Virus record (IMG/VR): IMGVR_UViG_3300034117_001582
Span: 1-64,000 of that record
Reading direction: 5' to 3' (one strand)
Length of the DNA stretch: 64,000 bases
The position numbers were made by a program, and so were the translations under genes. Numbering within the stretch: the first letter of the stretch is position 1; every line of letters starts with the position of its first letter. The notes below the pieces were generated by a model. That model made no database searches. It was not told the DNA's origin and saw only the letters and a list, made by a program, of their open reading frames with translations. Below are positions 49,047 to 58,296 of the stretch, one piece after another.

Positions 49047-49797
49047 TTTCAATATCTTCAAAAGAATTTATAGTGAATTTTAAAAAAGGTTTTGGGTTGT
49101 GTACATCAACATAAGAATAATCTTTAGTTTCAACATTATAAATCCCATATCCGTGTCTTCCAATACTTTCACCAATGTTGTTTTGGATTGTGGACCCAAT
49201 CATATACCCTTTACCGTCCTTAATTTGAAACTCGGATCGTTTATGAATATCACCACATAATACGGTTTCTAACCCATCAAACTTTTCAATCTCGTAAGCC
49301 TCTTCACCAAACTCAAAACCAAGATCTGTTTTTAACCCCGAAATAGGTCCATGAAATAATCCAATACGTCTACCATTTGCTTCAGTGATTTCTGGTGGTA
49401 TATTTCCTTGATATTGTGAATACACACACCAACTAACATTATCATCTTCATACACACCTCTATCTCTATAATACACAATGTTTGGGTTATTCAAAGAATT
49501 GATAATTGGTGTAAGTGCGTCCAATCTTTCAGTATTGTTTACCAAAAAATCGTGGTTACCAGGTATAATGATTGTTTTAGCAATTGATGAACATTCAGTT
49601 AAAATCCAAGCAACAAATTCAATAAGTTCAGGTGTCATTTGGTTTTTAGAATGAACTAAATCACCCGTAAAAATTATACGGTCAGGAGACAATTCTTTCC
49701 ATTGCTCAATTGCCGTTTCTAATATTGAACGGTATAAATCATGGTCTTTATATAATCTGATATGTAAATCAGAAAAGTGTACTAAAGTTTTAATCAT
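49018..49797 (-). CDS. sbcD: SbcD/Mre11/gp47-like metallophosphoesterase nuclease
   Basis: SDLH, TGDLVH, PGNHD, FHG, GDIH. Confidence 0.9.
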   Translation of the reverse strand: MIKTLVHFSDLHIRLYKDHDLYRSILETAIEQWKELSPDRIIFTGDLVHSKNQMTPELIEFVAWILTECSSIAKTIIIPGNHDFLVNNTERLDALTPIINSLNNPNIVYYRDRGVYEDDNVSWCVYSQYQGNIPPEITEANGRRIGLFHGPISGLKTDLGFEFGEEAYEIEKFDGLETVLCGDIHKRSEFQIKDGKGYMIGSTIQNNIGESIGRHGYGIYNVETKDYSYVDVHNPKPFLKFTINSFEDIENGTELLKNL

Positions 49798-49806
49798 TTT
49801 TTATTT

Positions 49807-50181
49807 CTATTTTATTGTTTTGACTGCTCTAGCGTTAATATGTCCTTCTTTTAAGGTTATTGCTATAAGTTTGTGTGTAAAAACTTGCATCCAAGCATAA
49901 TCAGAATTATGGTCGGTAGAACTCCAATAATTAGTATTAACAAAATTACCTATCAGGTCCTTATTTTCATACATTTTGTCTAATTCGTCTTTAGTTGGTA
50001 ATCTCCAACCTTTACCTAATTCTTTACACTCTCTTTTAGCATTATACCACGTTACCTCTGTTGGTAAATCATATTGTGCGATTTCTATACTATCAAGCTT
50101 ATATGTTGTTCCTATTATCTGAGATACAGATGTGAATGTAATAAATAATAAAAGGATGGTTAACATTATGCTTGATTTCAT
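49807..50181 (-). CDS. secreted DUF1566 (CLec-fold) protein
   Basis: TWYNAKREC..GWRLPTKDEL..YWSS..ARAV. Confidence 0.8.
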   Translation of the reverse strand: MKSSIMLTILLLFITFTSVSQIIGTTYKLDSIEIAQYDLPTEVTWYNAKRECKELGKGWRLPTKDELDKMYENKDLIGNFVNTNYWSSTDHNSDYAWMQVFTHKLIAITLKEGHINARAVKTIK

Positions 50182-50184
50182 TAT

Positions 50185-50442
50185 TTAATTGTTTGGTTTA
50201 ACCGTTATTGTATATTTTCTAGTATAACTTGAATCCTCGTTTTTTACTAACACACCTAATACAGGTATAAATTCATTTGGATCTAACATAATTGGTGTAA
50301 TAACAACATTTAAGTTAGAGTTTTCTAACGCAAGTTTAATTTGTTTTGTTATTTCCATCTCATTAAAATCTGTATTCGTTAATGGTGCCTTATACCCATA
50401 TTCTTTCTCTTGTCTTAATTCGTTAAGTGTTCTTTTTTTCAT
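50185..50442 (-). CDS. hypothetical protein
   Basis: ORF. Confidence 0.6.
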   Translation of the reverse strand: MKKRTLNELRQEKEYGYKAPLTNTDFNEMEITKQIKLALENSNLNVVITPIMLDPNEFIPVLGVLVKNEDSSYTRKYTITVKPNN

Positions 50443-50472
50443 TTTTAATTATTTGTTTGTTTAATTTATTTG

Positions 50473-50712
50473 TTATTCAATACCGTCTTCTAATTCTTTC
50501 TCTGCAAGCACACTACCTAAAAACTGTGTTTCATTTTCTAAGAAAATTATATAATTGTTTAATAGATTAATAGAATCTTTTTTATTTTTAATTTGGGTTT
50601 CAAGAGAGTCCGTTTGTCTTTTTAATAATTGCAAGTAATTGTCGCAATTAGAATTTGTTTTACATGAAACCATAATAAATAACAAACATATAACAGTTAA
50701 TAAGTTTTTCAT
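50473..50712 (-). CDS. lipoprotein with coiled coil
   Basis: MVSC lipobox. Confidence 0.65.
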   Translation of the reverse strand: MKNLLTVICLLFIMVSCKTNSNCDNYLQLLKRQTDSLETQIKNKKDSINLLNNYIIFLENETQFLGSVLAEKELEDGIE

Positions 50713-50715
50713 AAT

Positions 50716-50952
50716 TTAATCGTTTAATTGTGTCTTATCTCCGCAATACACTTCAAATGGTGGTTGATACGGATCTATTTTTGGAAAAGGATTAATTGGT
50801 GTTGGTATTCTATAAGGTTCGGCAATTCCAAATTTTGGTTCATCATTTACTTCACCCATTTTTTCAACTATTGGCGTGATGTCAATATGTTTATTTTCAA
50901 GTTTACCATATAGGTAACCTTCCAACCAAATGTAAAATTCTTTGTGTGTCAT
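50716..50952 (-). CDS. hypothetical protein
   Basis: MT.KEF..WL.GY phage motif. Confidence 0.65.
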   Translation of the reverse strand: MTHKEFYIWLEGYLYGKLENKHIDITPIVEKMGEVNDEPKFGIAEPYRIPTPINPFPKIDPYQPPFEVYCGDKTQLND

Positions 50953-51096
50953 ACTAATTCTCTATTATATAGGTTTACCAATATAAGTCTAGCGAATCTA
51001 AATTCTCTAACTCTATTTAAATTTAATCCGTAAGCCAAAGCAACACTTCTAAGATGAGGGTACGCTTCAGATAATGTCATTTTTCCAATTTCCATT

Positions 51097-51309
51097 TTAA
51101 TCAAATAATTGAAAATCTTCGTTCACATGATTACAACTATTACACATATAAGTTGGGAATGGTACAATCGTGTCTTCGTGACTTCCTGTTAATAATTTAG
51201 GTACTTTCTTTAAAAGTACCACTTCTTTAAAAAATTTAGACCCACAATCACCACAAGTGATAGTTTCTTGTTGTCTTAAATCAATTTTTGGTTTGATGAT
51301 ATCATCCAT
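51097..51309 (-). CDS. zinc-ribbon protein
   Basis: CGDCG...CNSCNH. Confidence 0.75.
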   Translation of the reverse strand: MDDIIKPKIDLRQQETITCGDCGSKFFKEVVLLKKVPKLLTGSHEDTIVPFPTYMCNSCNHVNEDFQLFD

Positions 51310-51414
51310 ATTATTTTATTTGGTAGTTTATTTTTACTTCTCCTATTTGTTTGTCTAAGGTGGTGGTATAGTACCACACATATTCTATTGTGTTCATAAT
51401 ATAATTGTTTTAGT

Positions 51415-52272
51415 TTATTTAGTCAAATATTTTTTAATATCCATTTTGATAATTCCATCAAATACTTCTTTTGGTATTCTATATTCCACAAATTCCATTT
51501 CATCCGTTAAGTGAACGATAACCCCCCCAAAGAATTTAATATCACTGTATTTTGTCCCTTCCAACATCTTTAATAATAGTTTGGCATAGAACGGTAATTG
51601 AGTATTATAGTGACCAAGAGCATTGTTTGGTAACTTTTCAAATGGTTTTTTCATCGGTTTTGTAAAGGTATTTGTTTCCATGTTTTTTGGTTTGTTTGTT
51701 TTCCAGTCTGTTACAACAAAACCAAAACCGGTTTTTTCTTTATTTAACATTAACCAAAATTTATCGGGTTGGCCAGTGTATCCCAATTCAGGATGACCCA
51801 AAACCATCTCAGTATCAAGTAATACCGCACCCCTTTCTTTCATTAACTTTAAGAACTTTTTACCGGCTTTAATCATTCTATCCCCCTTCATAGTCATTTC
51901 AAGGTCACACTCATAAACAGGTTGTCTTACCTCTTTTTCTATATCAAACATAGATAGAGTTTCAGTTTCCAATTCAAAGTGGACTCTACTTCCCATGTTT
52001 GTTGATGTGGTCCCAGCTCTTGCCCATTCATCCATAAGTTGTTGTGCCTCATACGGGTCACCTTTTGCCTTTTTATACGCAATTTCTTCCGTTGGGAACT
52101 CATCGTAAAATAATTTCATTAGTTTAGATACGGATGGAAAATCTGACCTCACGTTTCCGTCCAAATCTTTCATCGTATATTTGTGGGCCTCTTCCTCAAA
52201 TGTTAATTCAAGTTCTTTTTGTTTTTCCGTGATTAATTCACGAAGTTCTTTTGCAATAATTTTTAAATCCAT
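51415..52272 (-). CDS. PD-(D/E)xK exonuclease (RecB/Cas4-like phage exonuclease)
   Basis: GSRVH, E, GQPD, DWKT, QL..Y. Confidence 0.85.
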   Translation of the reverse strand: MDLKIIAKELRELITEKQKELELTFEEEAHKYTMKDLDGNVRSDFPSVSKLMKLFYDEFPTEEIAYKKAKGDPYEAQQLMDEWARAGTTSTNMGSRVHFELETETLSMFDIEKEVRQPVYECDLEMTMKGDRMIKAGKKFLKLMKERGAVLLDTEMVLGHPELGYTGQPDKFWLMLNKEKTGFGFVVTDWKTNKPKNMETNTFTKPMKKPFEKLPNNALGHYNTQLPFYAKLLLKMLEGTKYSDIKFFGGVIVHLTDEMEFVEYRIPKEVFDGIIKMDIKKYLTK

Positions 52273-53189
52273 TATTTAATTTCCTCATAATATTTTTCTA
52301 TGTCTCCTCTGAGATCACAGACATCTTTATCTTTTGGTAGTTTTACCAATTTCACTCTGTTGTAAAGAACACCCCCATTTAATTTTTCAAATAACTTTTT
52401 GGCATCAAAATAAGCGTCACCATCCAAACATACTATGATATTCTTTTTTGCTTTTGTGTATAATTTTTCCCAAAGGTTCTCGTTAATATATTTTCCAAGT
52501 AAACATATTGAGTTATCCAAAAAGAAACTATCGAACACACCTTCAACAAGATATATGTCTTTTTTCCAATCAATTAAACTCTCGTTGAAAATTAAAAAGT
52601 CTTTTGCTGCTTCAGGGTTTTTATATTTTAATCTACTTCTTGGGTTCCAAGACCTTGATACAAAAAAGTTTAGTTCACCCTTTTTATTATATGATGGCAC
52701 AATAATTCTTCCAGCATATTCACCTTCAATACATAATCCTATATTGTACTTATTAATGATTTCATCTGTGATACCTCTATTTTTTAAGTAGTTGTACGCT
52801 TCTTTTCTTGGGATGTGTAGCGGATGGATTTCTTCAAACTTTTTATACTCCTTTGGTAGTTCCATCGGTTTATAAACTTTTTCTTTCTTTTCAAACTCAT
52901 CAGGTCTGATTAGTTTATAAACTTTTTTATCTTTTTTGTTTCCATATTTATCTATTAGTTTTCCTAAATGTCCGTATGTGCCATGCGTTTCAGCACATGC
53001 CCAACATTTATATACATGTTGATGGAAATTGATTTCAAGGTTACCCTTTCCATCAGTTTTATCTAACGCTTTAATATCGTATGAACATACCGGACAGTCA
53101 ACAGACATTTGACCGCTGGATTCATTAACGTTTTTTGGTTCACCAAACATCGTTAACAATAAATCAACCAATAGGGATTCTTCTTTCAT
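52272..53189 (-). CDS. DNA primase (Zn finger + TOPRIM)
   Basis: CPVC..CWAC; YLKNRGI; RIIVP; VEGVFD; LDGDA; KDVCD. Confidence 0.9.
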   Translation of the reverse strand: MKEESLLVDLLLTMFGEPKNVNESSGQMSVDCPVCSYDIKALDKTDGKGNLEINFHQHVYKCWACAETHGTYGHLGKLIDKYGNKKDKKVYKLIRPDEFEKKEKVYKPMELPKEYKKFEEIHPLHIPRKEAYNYLKNRGITDEIINKYNIGLCIEGEYAGRIIVPSYNKKGELNFFVSRSWNPRSRLKYKNPEAAKDFLIFNESLIDWKKDIYLVEGVFDSFFLDNSICLLGKYINENLWEKLYTKAKKNIIVCLDGDAYFDAKKLFEKLNGGVLYNRVKLVKLPKDKDVCDLRGDIEKYYEEIK

Positions 53190-53228
53190 ACCTAAAAGAT
53201 ACGAATTTTAAAGGGAATGTCAATTAAC

Positions 53229-53256
53229 AAAAAACCCACCTTTATGGGGTGGGTTT
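53229..53256 (-). terminator. intrinsic terminator
   Basis: AAACCCACC-loop-GGTGGGTTT. Confidence 0.7.
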
Positions 53257-53275
53257 AAAATATTATATTATTTTA

Positions 53276-53776
53276 TTATCTATTTCCGTCAAAGAAAAAC
53301 ATTTTTTGACGACAAACTAATTGATATTTTTGTTTTTTTCCGTCAGTCATTACCATTATTCTTTGTTCATAATCTACAACACCATTTTGGTCCATATTTT
53401 CTGTTGAAGTACCACCCTTTACTAATTTTTGTTTTGCTGTAATCTCAAAAGTTTCACCAGGTTCTACGGTAAAAGGCCCTCGCTCAACAATTGTCATGTT
53501 GTCATTCATAGGCATAATTTTCGTTATAGTAAGTGGTGCAGTTCCAGCATTTCTAAGACCCCTGAATTTAAATTCAATTGTTTGTCCAAATTCAACTTCA
53601 CCATCTCGGTTACGCACAACCATTGTTCCTACTAAAGGCCCCTTACGCATTTCAGCCTGCTGAGCTCCCTGTGTTGAAGGATTTGGCATACCTATAGGTC
53701 CTTCACCTTCTTCATTAATAACTCGTCTAACGATACGTGCTAAATCTGACTCAGTTAATCTTACTATTCTTTTCAT
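53276..53776 (-). CDS. leader-bearing DUF1573-like Ig-fold protein
   Basis: MKRIVRLTESDLARIVRRVINE; GEV..NAGTAPLTI..VEPGETFEI. Confidence 0.75.
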   Translation of the reverse strand: MKRIVRLTESDLARIVRRVINEEGEGPIGMPNPSTQGAQQAEMRKGPLVGTMVVRNRDGEVEFGQTIEFKFRGLRNAGTAPLTITKIMPMNDNMTIVERGPFTVEPGETFEITAKQKLVKGGTSTENMDQNGVVDYEQRIMVMTDGKKQKYQLVCRQKMFFFDGNR

Positions 53777-53851
53777 ATTAAAATGTATTTTTTTCTTTAT
53801 TTATTATATAAATACCAACCTACCTTAAAAAAATCAAAAAAAAAAAAAGAA

Positions 53852-54457
53852 TTACCAAATTTTTTGTTCTTTCATATAACCAAGAACACAAGTATATGAA
53901 TCAGCCATATCAAAACATTCTTTTTTCAAAGTATTATTTCTTGTATATAACCAATTAATTTGTGGTTCTTTATCTGAAACTTTTTTCCACACAATTTCTT
54001 TTTTATCAATAGTTTTAGGTAACCCACCAAATAACACATATTTATCCTTATCGTTTTTTTGAACCAATTCTGGCCAAGCATATTTTCTTGAGTTGTATGT
54101 TGATATAAAGTTTGGTACTATTCCCAAAATATCATAAATTGATTTTGTAATCATTGAGTTGTATCTTAATAATACTCCAACTGTCCAAATATTGTTTGAG
54201 TTCAAAAGTGGTTCTTCAATAACAACATTTGTAATACCCAAATTAACGTATCCTCTTAGTTTTTCCTCAAATGATACCACCTTTAATAATAACTCTTCAA
54301 TTTTATCTTCAGGTTTTGGTTTAATTACCGGTGAAAAGTGTGTTAATTCCAATAATTGTTGTGATTGAATATCAAATAGACTCCACCCAATTGTTTTGGT
54401 GGATATATCTAATCCAAGAACTTTTGGTGAGTTCTTTAAATCTGTTTTTTCTGACAT
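53852..54457 (-). CDS. RuvC-like Holliday junction resolvase
   Basis: LGLDISTKTIG, VIEEP, DMADS. Confidence 0.82.
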   Translation of the reverse strand: MSEKTDLKNSPKVLGLDISTKTIGWSLFDIQSQQLLELTHFSPVIKPKPEDKIEELLLKVVSFEEKLRGYVNLGITNVVIEEPLLNSNNIWTVGVLLRYNSMITKSIYDILGIVPNFISTYNSRKYAWPELVQKNDKDKYVLFGGLPKTIDKKEIVWKKVSDKEPQINWLYTRNNTLKKECFDMADSYTCVLGYMKEQKIW

Positions 54458-54465
54458 AAGGTAAC

Positions 54466-56673
54466 TTAAAAATCTAGTTTAATCGGATACTGTTGAATCC
54501 CTTGTCTTTTTTCGGGGGATTGTATCTTAGATATAACCATAAGTTCTTTATCTGCGTTGTAAAGTCCAACTTCGGTAACGTAAGGATTACCACCATTCCA
54601 AGTTGGATTTGAAGAATCAAAGAATTGTGTTTGACCCAAGTTACATAAAAAGTTCATAACATATATGGTTGCTTGAATGTCTGTTCGAATATTACCAAAG
54701 AAGAAGTATTCCCCACCAAAGTTAAATGTCAGGCCAGTTTGTCCTACCGCAGGTAAATTAATATAGTTATCTAACCTATATGGGGATGCCGAGTTATACA
54801 TACTATTAGTCAACTGAATTGTTGTTCCTGTCATACCAGATTGTGTAAGATATCCGCCAACAGTTGTTGCCGATAATTGTGGCATAACATTAATTTCTTT
54901 CCATGCCGTTGCAGTTGGTCTTGTTGTTCCGCTTGAGACTTTTTGAGCAATTAACTTAAATTCATTTGCGGTAAATCCACTTGGTGTTGTAAAAGTTGAT
55001 TGTAAAAAAGGAAACTCATTACCAAATCTAATTAAGATGTCTGATGCTCCAGGTAATAAACTTTGGTCATTACCCGTAATAGTTGAGTAGTAATTACAAT
55101 GTAACGAATTAGTGAAAGCGGAGTTACTAAAAATGTAAGTTAAAAATAGCGTTTCACTACTACCCGTTAATAACCCAACAGTACTACCTAACGTACCTGC
55201 AAATGTATTTGGTGTCACAAGACCTAATTTAGGTGCCGGTAATGTCCAATTTCTATTTGATTTGTAGTTTAATGATGCAACTATTTCATCATCATCAAAG
55301 ATAATCATTTTATAATCAGGAAACACTTTACCAATTCGATTAGGTTGTCCACTAGTGTTAGCATGTGTATCCCATAAATGATAGTATCTTAAACCAGGAG
55401 CATTAAAATCAATATCTTTTTTGGATTCGATATAATGTGGTTCAAATAAATTTAACGACGTAAACCCTGATGGATCAACAAAGAACTCTTCACCTATAGT
55501 TGCATTTGGGTTTTTATGCCACATTAACCAAGGAATAGAAAGTTTAAAGTTTCTTGCTTGTCCGGTATTTCCAGGGTTATTCGTGTCGAAGTCTTCCATT
55601 GCAAATTTCTCACCGTAGAAATTATCTATAGATTGATTAGTATAATGAACAATCGCAATAGCCTTTTGGTCTACAGGTGGTACCGTAATTTTTTCTTCAA
55701 AAGAGTTATAATAATAAACAGAATCTGTATCATATTGACCTGAATTTGTTTTATACCCAAAATATTCTTTAGACCCTGTATAACCTGTCGATTTAAATAA
55801 ATTATAGTCTTGATTAGTTAAACTAAAAAGACCAGCCGGTGATTCAGTCCAAGGAATATTCATATTCCAAGCAAAAACATCTCTTTGTGCTACATCACAA
55901 TTTGTTTCAAAATTAATAACATCGTTAGCCCAAAATGGTGCCGGTGTAAAGGTATCATATAAATCAGTCATACCACTTGGGTAAAATAAAACTGAAGATG
56001 ACCCTGTAAACCCAAGTGTACCAAAATTAGGTAATTGTCTATCCACTTGAATTGTTACAGTACTTGCCGTTGAGGTATTACCCGTAATACCAATAACAGC
56101 ATATGTAAACATGGGTCCTGCTCCCGATATTGGTGATATTGAACCATTAGTAAATAATGTTAAAAACATGCCAGAAGTGACGGTGCCTGATACAGATGGA
56201 TTTACTGATGTTGCAGATATAGTTAAAACAGTACCTGAAGTTATACCACTATTTTGAGCAATAAAGTTAGGGTTGATTGTATACGCCGAAGACGTGAATG
56301 CACTATACGTTACAGGTGAACCGGTAGAGCCACTAAAGAATCCTCTTGGCGCTGCACTATTATAAACACTATCAATATATGAATTATCAAAAGGAACTCC
56401 GTAAGTACTTCCAGATGTTGAATCTAAAAATAATGGGTATTTAACTTCCATTCTATTTTTTTGTGGTACTGGTGCCAAATTTTGTGTGTTGTATTGTGGC
56501 ATTAGTACATTATATTGTACAGGATCAATACCATTTATACAATCATAACAAACTTCACTATCACCCACTTGGAAGTAAGCTATATCAAATTTACCTTGTG
56601 ATATTTTCTTTCTTGCCGCATCGGTCATTAATGTGTTTATTAATGCTGCCGTATTTTTAATTATGTAAGACAT
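54466..56673 (-). CDS. virion structural protein (tail/baseplate-associated)
   Basis: LMTDAARKK..YFQVGDSE N-terminus; YVTEVGLYN...ISKIQSP C-terminus. Confidence 0.7.
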   Translation of the reverse strand: MSYIIKNTAALINTLMTDAARKKISQGKFDIAYFQVGDSEVCYDCINGIDPVQYNVLMPQYNTQNLAPVPQKNRMEVKYPLFLDSTSGSTYGVPFDNSYIDSVYNSAAPRGFFSGSTGSPVTYSAFTSSAYTINPNFIAQNSGITSGTVLTISATSVNPSVSGTVTSGMFLTLFTNGSISPISGAGPMFTYAVIGITGNTSTASTVTIQVDRQLPNFGTLGFTGSSSVLFYPSGMTDLYDTFTPAPFWANDVINFETNCDVAQRDVFAWNMNIPWTESPAGLFSLTNQDYNLFKSTGYTGSKEYFGYKTNSGQYDTDSVYYYNSFEEKITVPPVDQKAIAIVHYTNQSIDNFYGEKFAMEDFDTNNPGNTGQARNFKLSIPWLMWHKNPNATIGEEFFVDPSGFTSLNLFEPHYIESKKDIDFNAPGLRYYHLWDTHANTSGQPNRIGKVFPDYKMIIFDDDEIVASLNYKSNRNWTLPAPKLGLVTPNTFAGTLGSTVGLLTGSSETLFLTYIFSNSAFTNSLHCNYYSTITGNDQSLLPGASDILIRFGNEFPFLQSTFTTPSGFTANEFKLIAQKVSSGTTRPTATAWKEINVMPQLSATTVGGYLTQSGMTGTTIQLTNSMYNSASPYRLDNYINLPAVGQTGLTFNFGGEYFFFGNIRTDIQATIYVMNFLCNLGQTQFFDSSNPTWNGGNPYVTEVGLYNADKELMVISKIQSPEKRQGIQQYPIKLDF

Positions 56674-56705
56674 ATTGTATAAATATTATTTTTTATATTT
56701 TCTTA

Positions 56706-58295
56706 TTACCCATTTAAACATATTACACCAATTTTTTGAGTTGTAACCTGTTGTGGACTAACATTTGGGTTTATACTTCTACAAGTATTAGGTGTAATCG
56801 ATATATTTTGTATACTAACAACATCTTTTAAATAACCTCTCAATTCACAATTGTTTTGTTGTGAACATGGTGTGTTTATATAATGTACAATTGTTCCTGA
56901 AGCAAAACCTACAGTAGATAATTGTACAGAATACGTTTTAGTGTATGCGCTTGTTATGACATCACCACCATCACAAGATGGTCTTATTACTGAAGTTGTT
57001 GTGGTTGGGCTTGTCGATATCAATGATACGGTGGCACCTACATTCGTAGCGGTTGTTATCGTGTTAGTTATTGTTGGACTTATGTTTGACGTATATCCCG
57101 TAGATAAAACATTAAATAATAAACTCATATTAACTACCGTACCCGCAGGTAATGGTGTTGGAGATACCGTAACAGACCAAGTTGTTGTTCTTGACGACGA
57201 ATTGCTACTATTAATTATTTGACCCGGAGTTAAAACTAAATTAACCGTATAATTTTGAAATATTTGTTGTGCGGTTAATGTAAAAGATTGATTGCTCACA
57301 GTATTAACCGAATCTTTGACGTATGCGGTATATGCTCCTGAACCTAAATTAAGAAATACATTTGATGGTTGATAATTTACGCCATCAAGAGAATAAGTAT
57401 ATGGCGCAATGCCTCCTGTTGCGGTTATCGAAACAGAACCATTTGTAAATGTTGAACAAGAAGGGTTTGTTGGTTGTAGTGCGATTGTTATTGGTGGTGT
57501 TTGACAAACTCCACTTGAAACTATTAATGATGACCCATACGCCATTGCCCCCACTAAAGTCCAACTACCTGTTGGTGGTATTTGTGGTGTGATGTTATAT
57601 GGTGCTCCTCCTGATGTCCAACCACTTATTGTCCATCTTGTGGTACCACTATTATAATACATAACGTAACTTGGAGTTACACTTGTCCAAGATGGGTAAT
57701 TATTTATTGTGTTACCAGATGCAAAATTAATTTGTGTAACATTGGTACCTTGTGTTAATTCAAAACACAAATCATTAGGATATGTCGGTGTTGGTGTTGG
57801 TATTGGTAAACATTGTGTACACCCCGTGTAATTTGCTGAAGACACCGCATAACTACCAATATAAGTTTGACCCGTATATAAAGTAGTGCCACTACTAGTC
57901 CAACAACCAACTTGTGTTGTTAAGTCATATACCGTACCAGCAGAAAAAGGATTAACTAAATCAGCTAAGTAATAGACATAAGTCCCACTATATGAACAAT
58001 TTGAAAATTGTTCTAAATAAAAACTATCATATTCAACTACACATGTTGTTGTAGCACTAAAATCACCATAATAATCAACAATTGTTGCGGTATAACTTCC
58101 AGGTCTTAAATTTGTGAGTAAGTTACCTTGTCCACCATTATCCCATGTAATATTATATGGTGGAGTTCCACCTGTAACGTATAAACTAACAACACCATTT
58201 GATGATTGTGGTGTTGACGAATTTATGCTTGTACAATCTACACCTAACGGTAAGAGTGTTATTATATTACAACTATTTCCACTTAAAAGTCCCAT
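56706..58295 (-). CDS. SprB-repeat structural/adhesin protein
   Basis: GGTPPYNITW and GGIAPYTYSLDG..YQ.SNVF repeats; Cys/Thr-rich. Confidence 0.75.
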   Translation of the reverse strand: MGLLSGNSCNIITLLPLGVDCTSINSSTPQSSNGVVSLYVTGGTPPYNITWDNGGQGNLLTNLRPGSYTATIVDYYGDFSATTTCVVEYDSFYLEQFSNCSYSGTYVYYLADLVNPFSAGTVYDLTTQVGCWTSSGTTLYTGQTYIGSYAVSSANYTGCTQCLPIPTPTPTYPNDLCFELTQGTNVTQINFASGNTINNYPSWTSVTPSYVMYYNSGTTRWTISGWTSGGAPYNITPQIPPTGSWTLVGAMAYGSSLIVSSGVCQTPPITIALQPTNPSCSTFTNGSVSITATGGIAPYTYSLDGVNYQPSNVFLNLGSGAYTAYVKDSVNTVSNQSFTLTAQQIFQNYTVNLVLTPGQIINSSNSSSRTTTWSVTVSPTPLPAGTVVNMSLLFNVLSTGYTSNISPTITNTITTATNVGATVSLISTSPTTTTSVIRPSCDGGDVITSAYTKTYSVQLSTVGFASGTIVHYINTPCSQQNNCELRGYLKDVVSIQNISITPNTCRSINPNVSPQQVTTQKIGVICLNG

Positions 58296-58296
58296 A

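Noticed and set aside
49807-50181. DGR target (DUF1566 CLec fold)
   Set aside because: No template repeat or reverse transcriptase is visible in this window.
51415-52272. Cas4 of a CRISPR system
   Set aside because: It lacks the Fe-S cysteines and sits beside primase, typical of a phage replication exonuclease.
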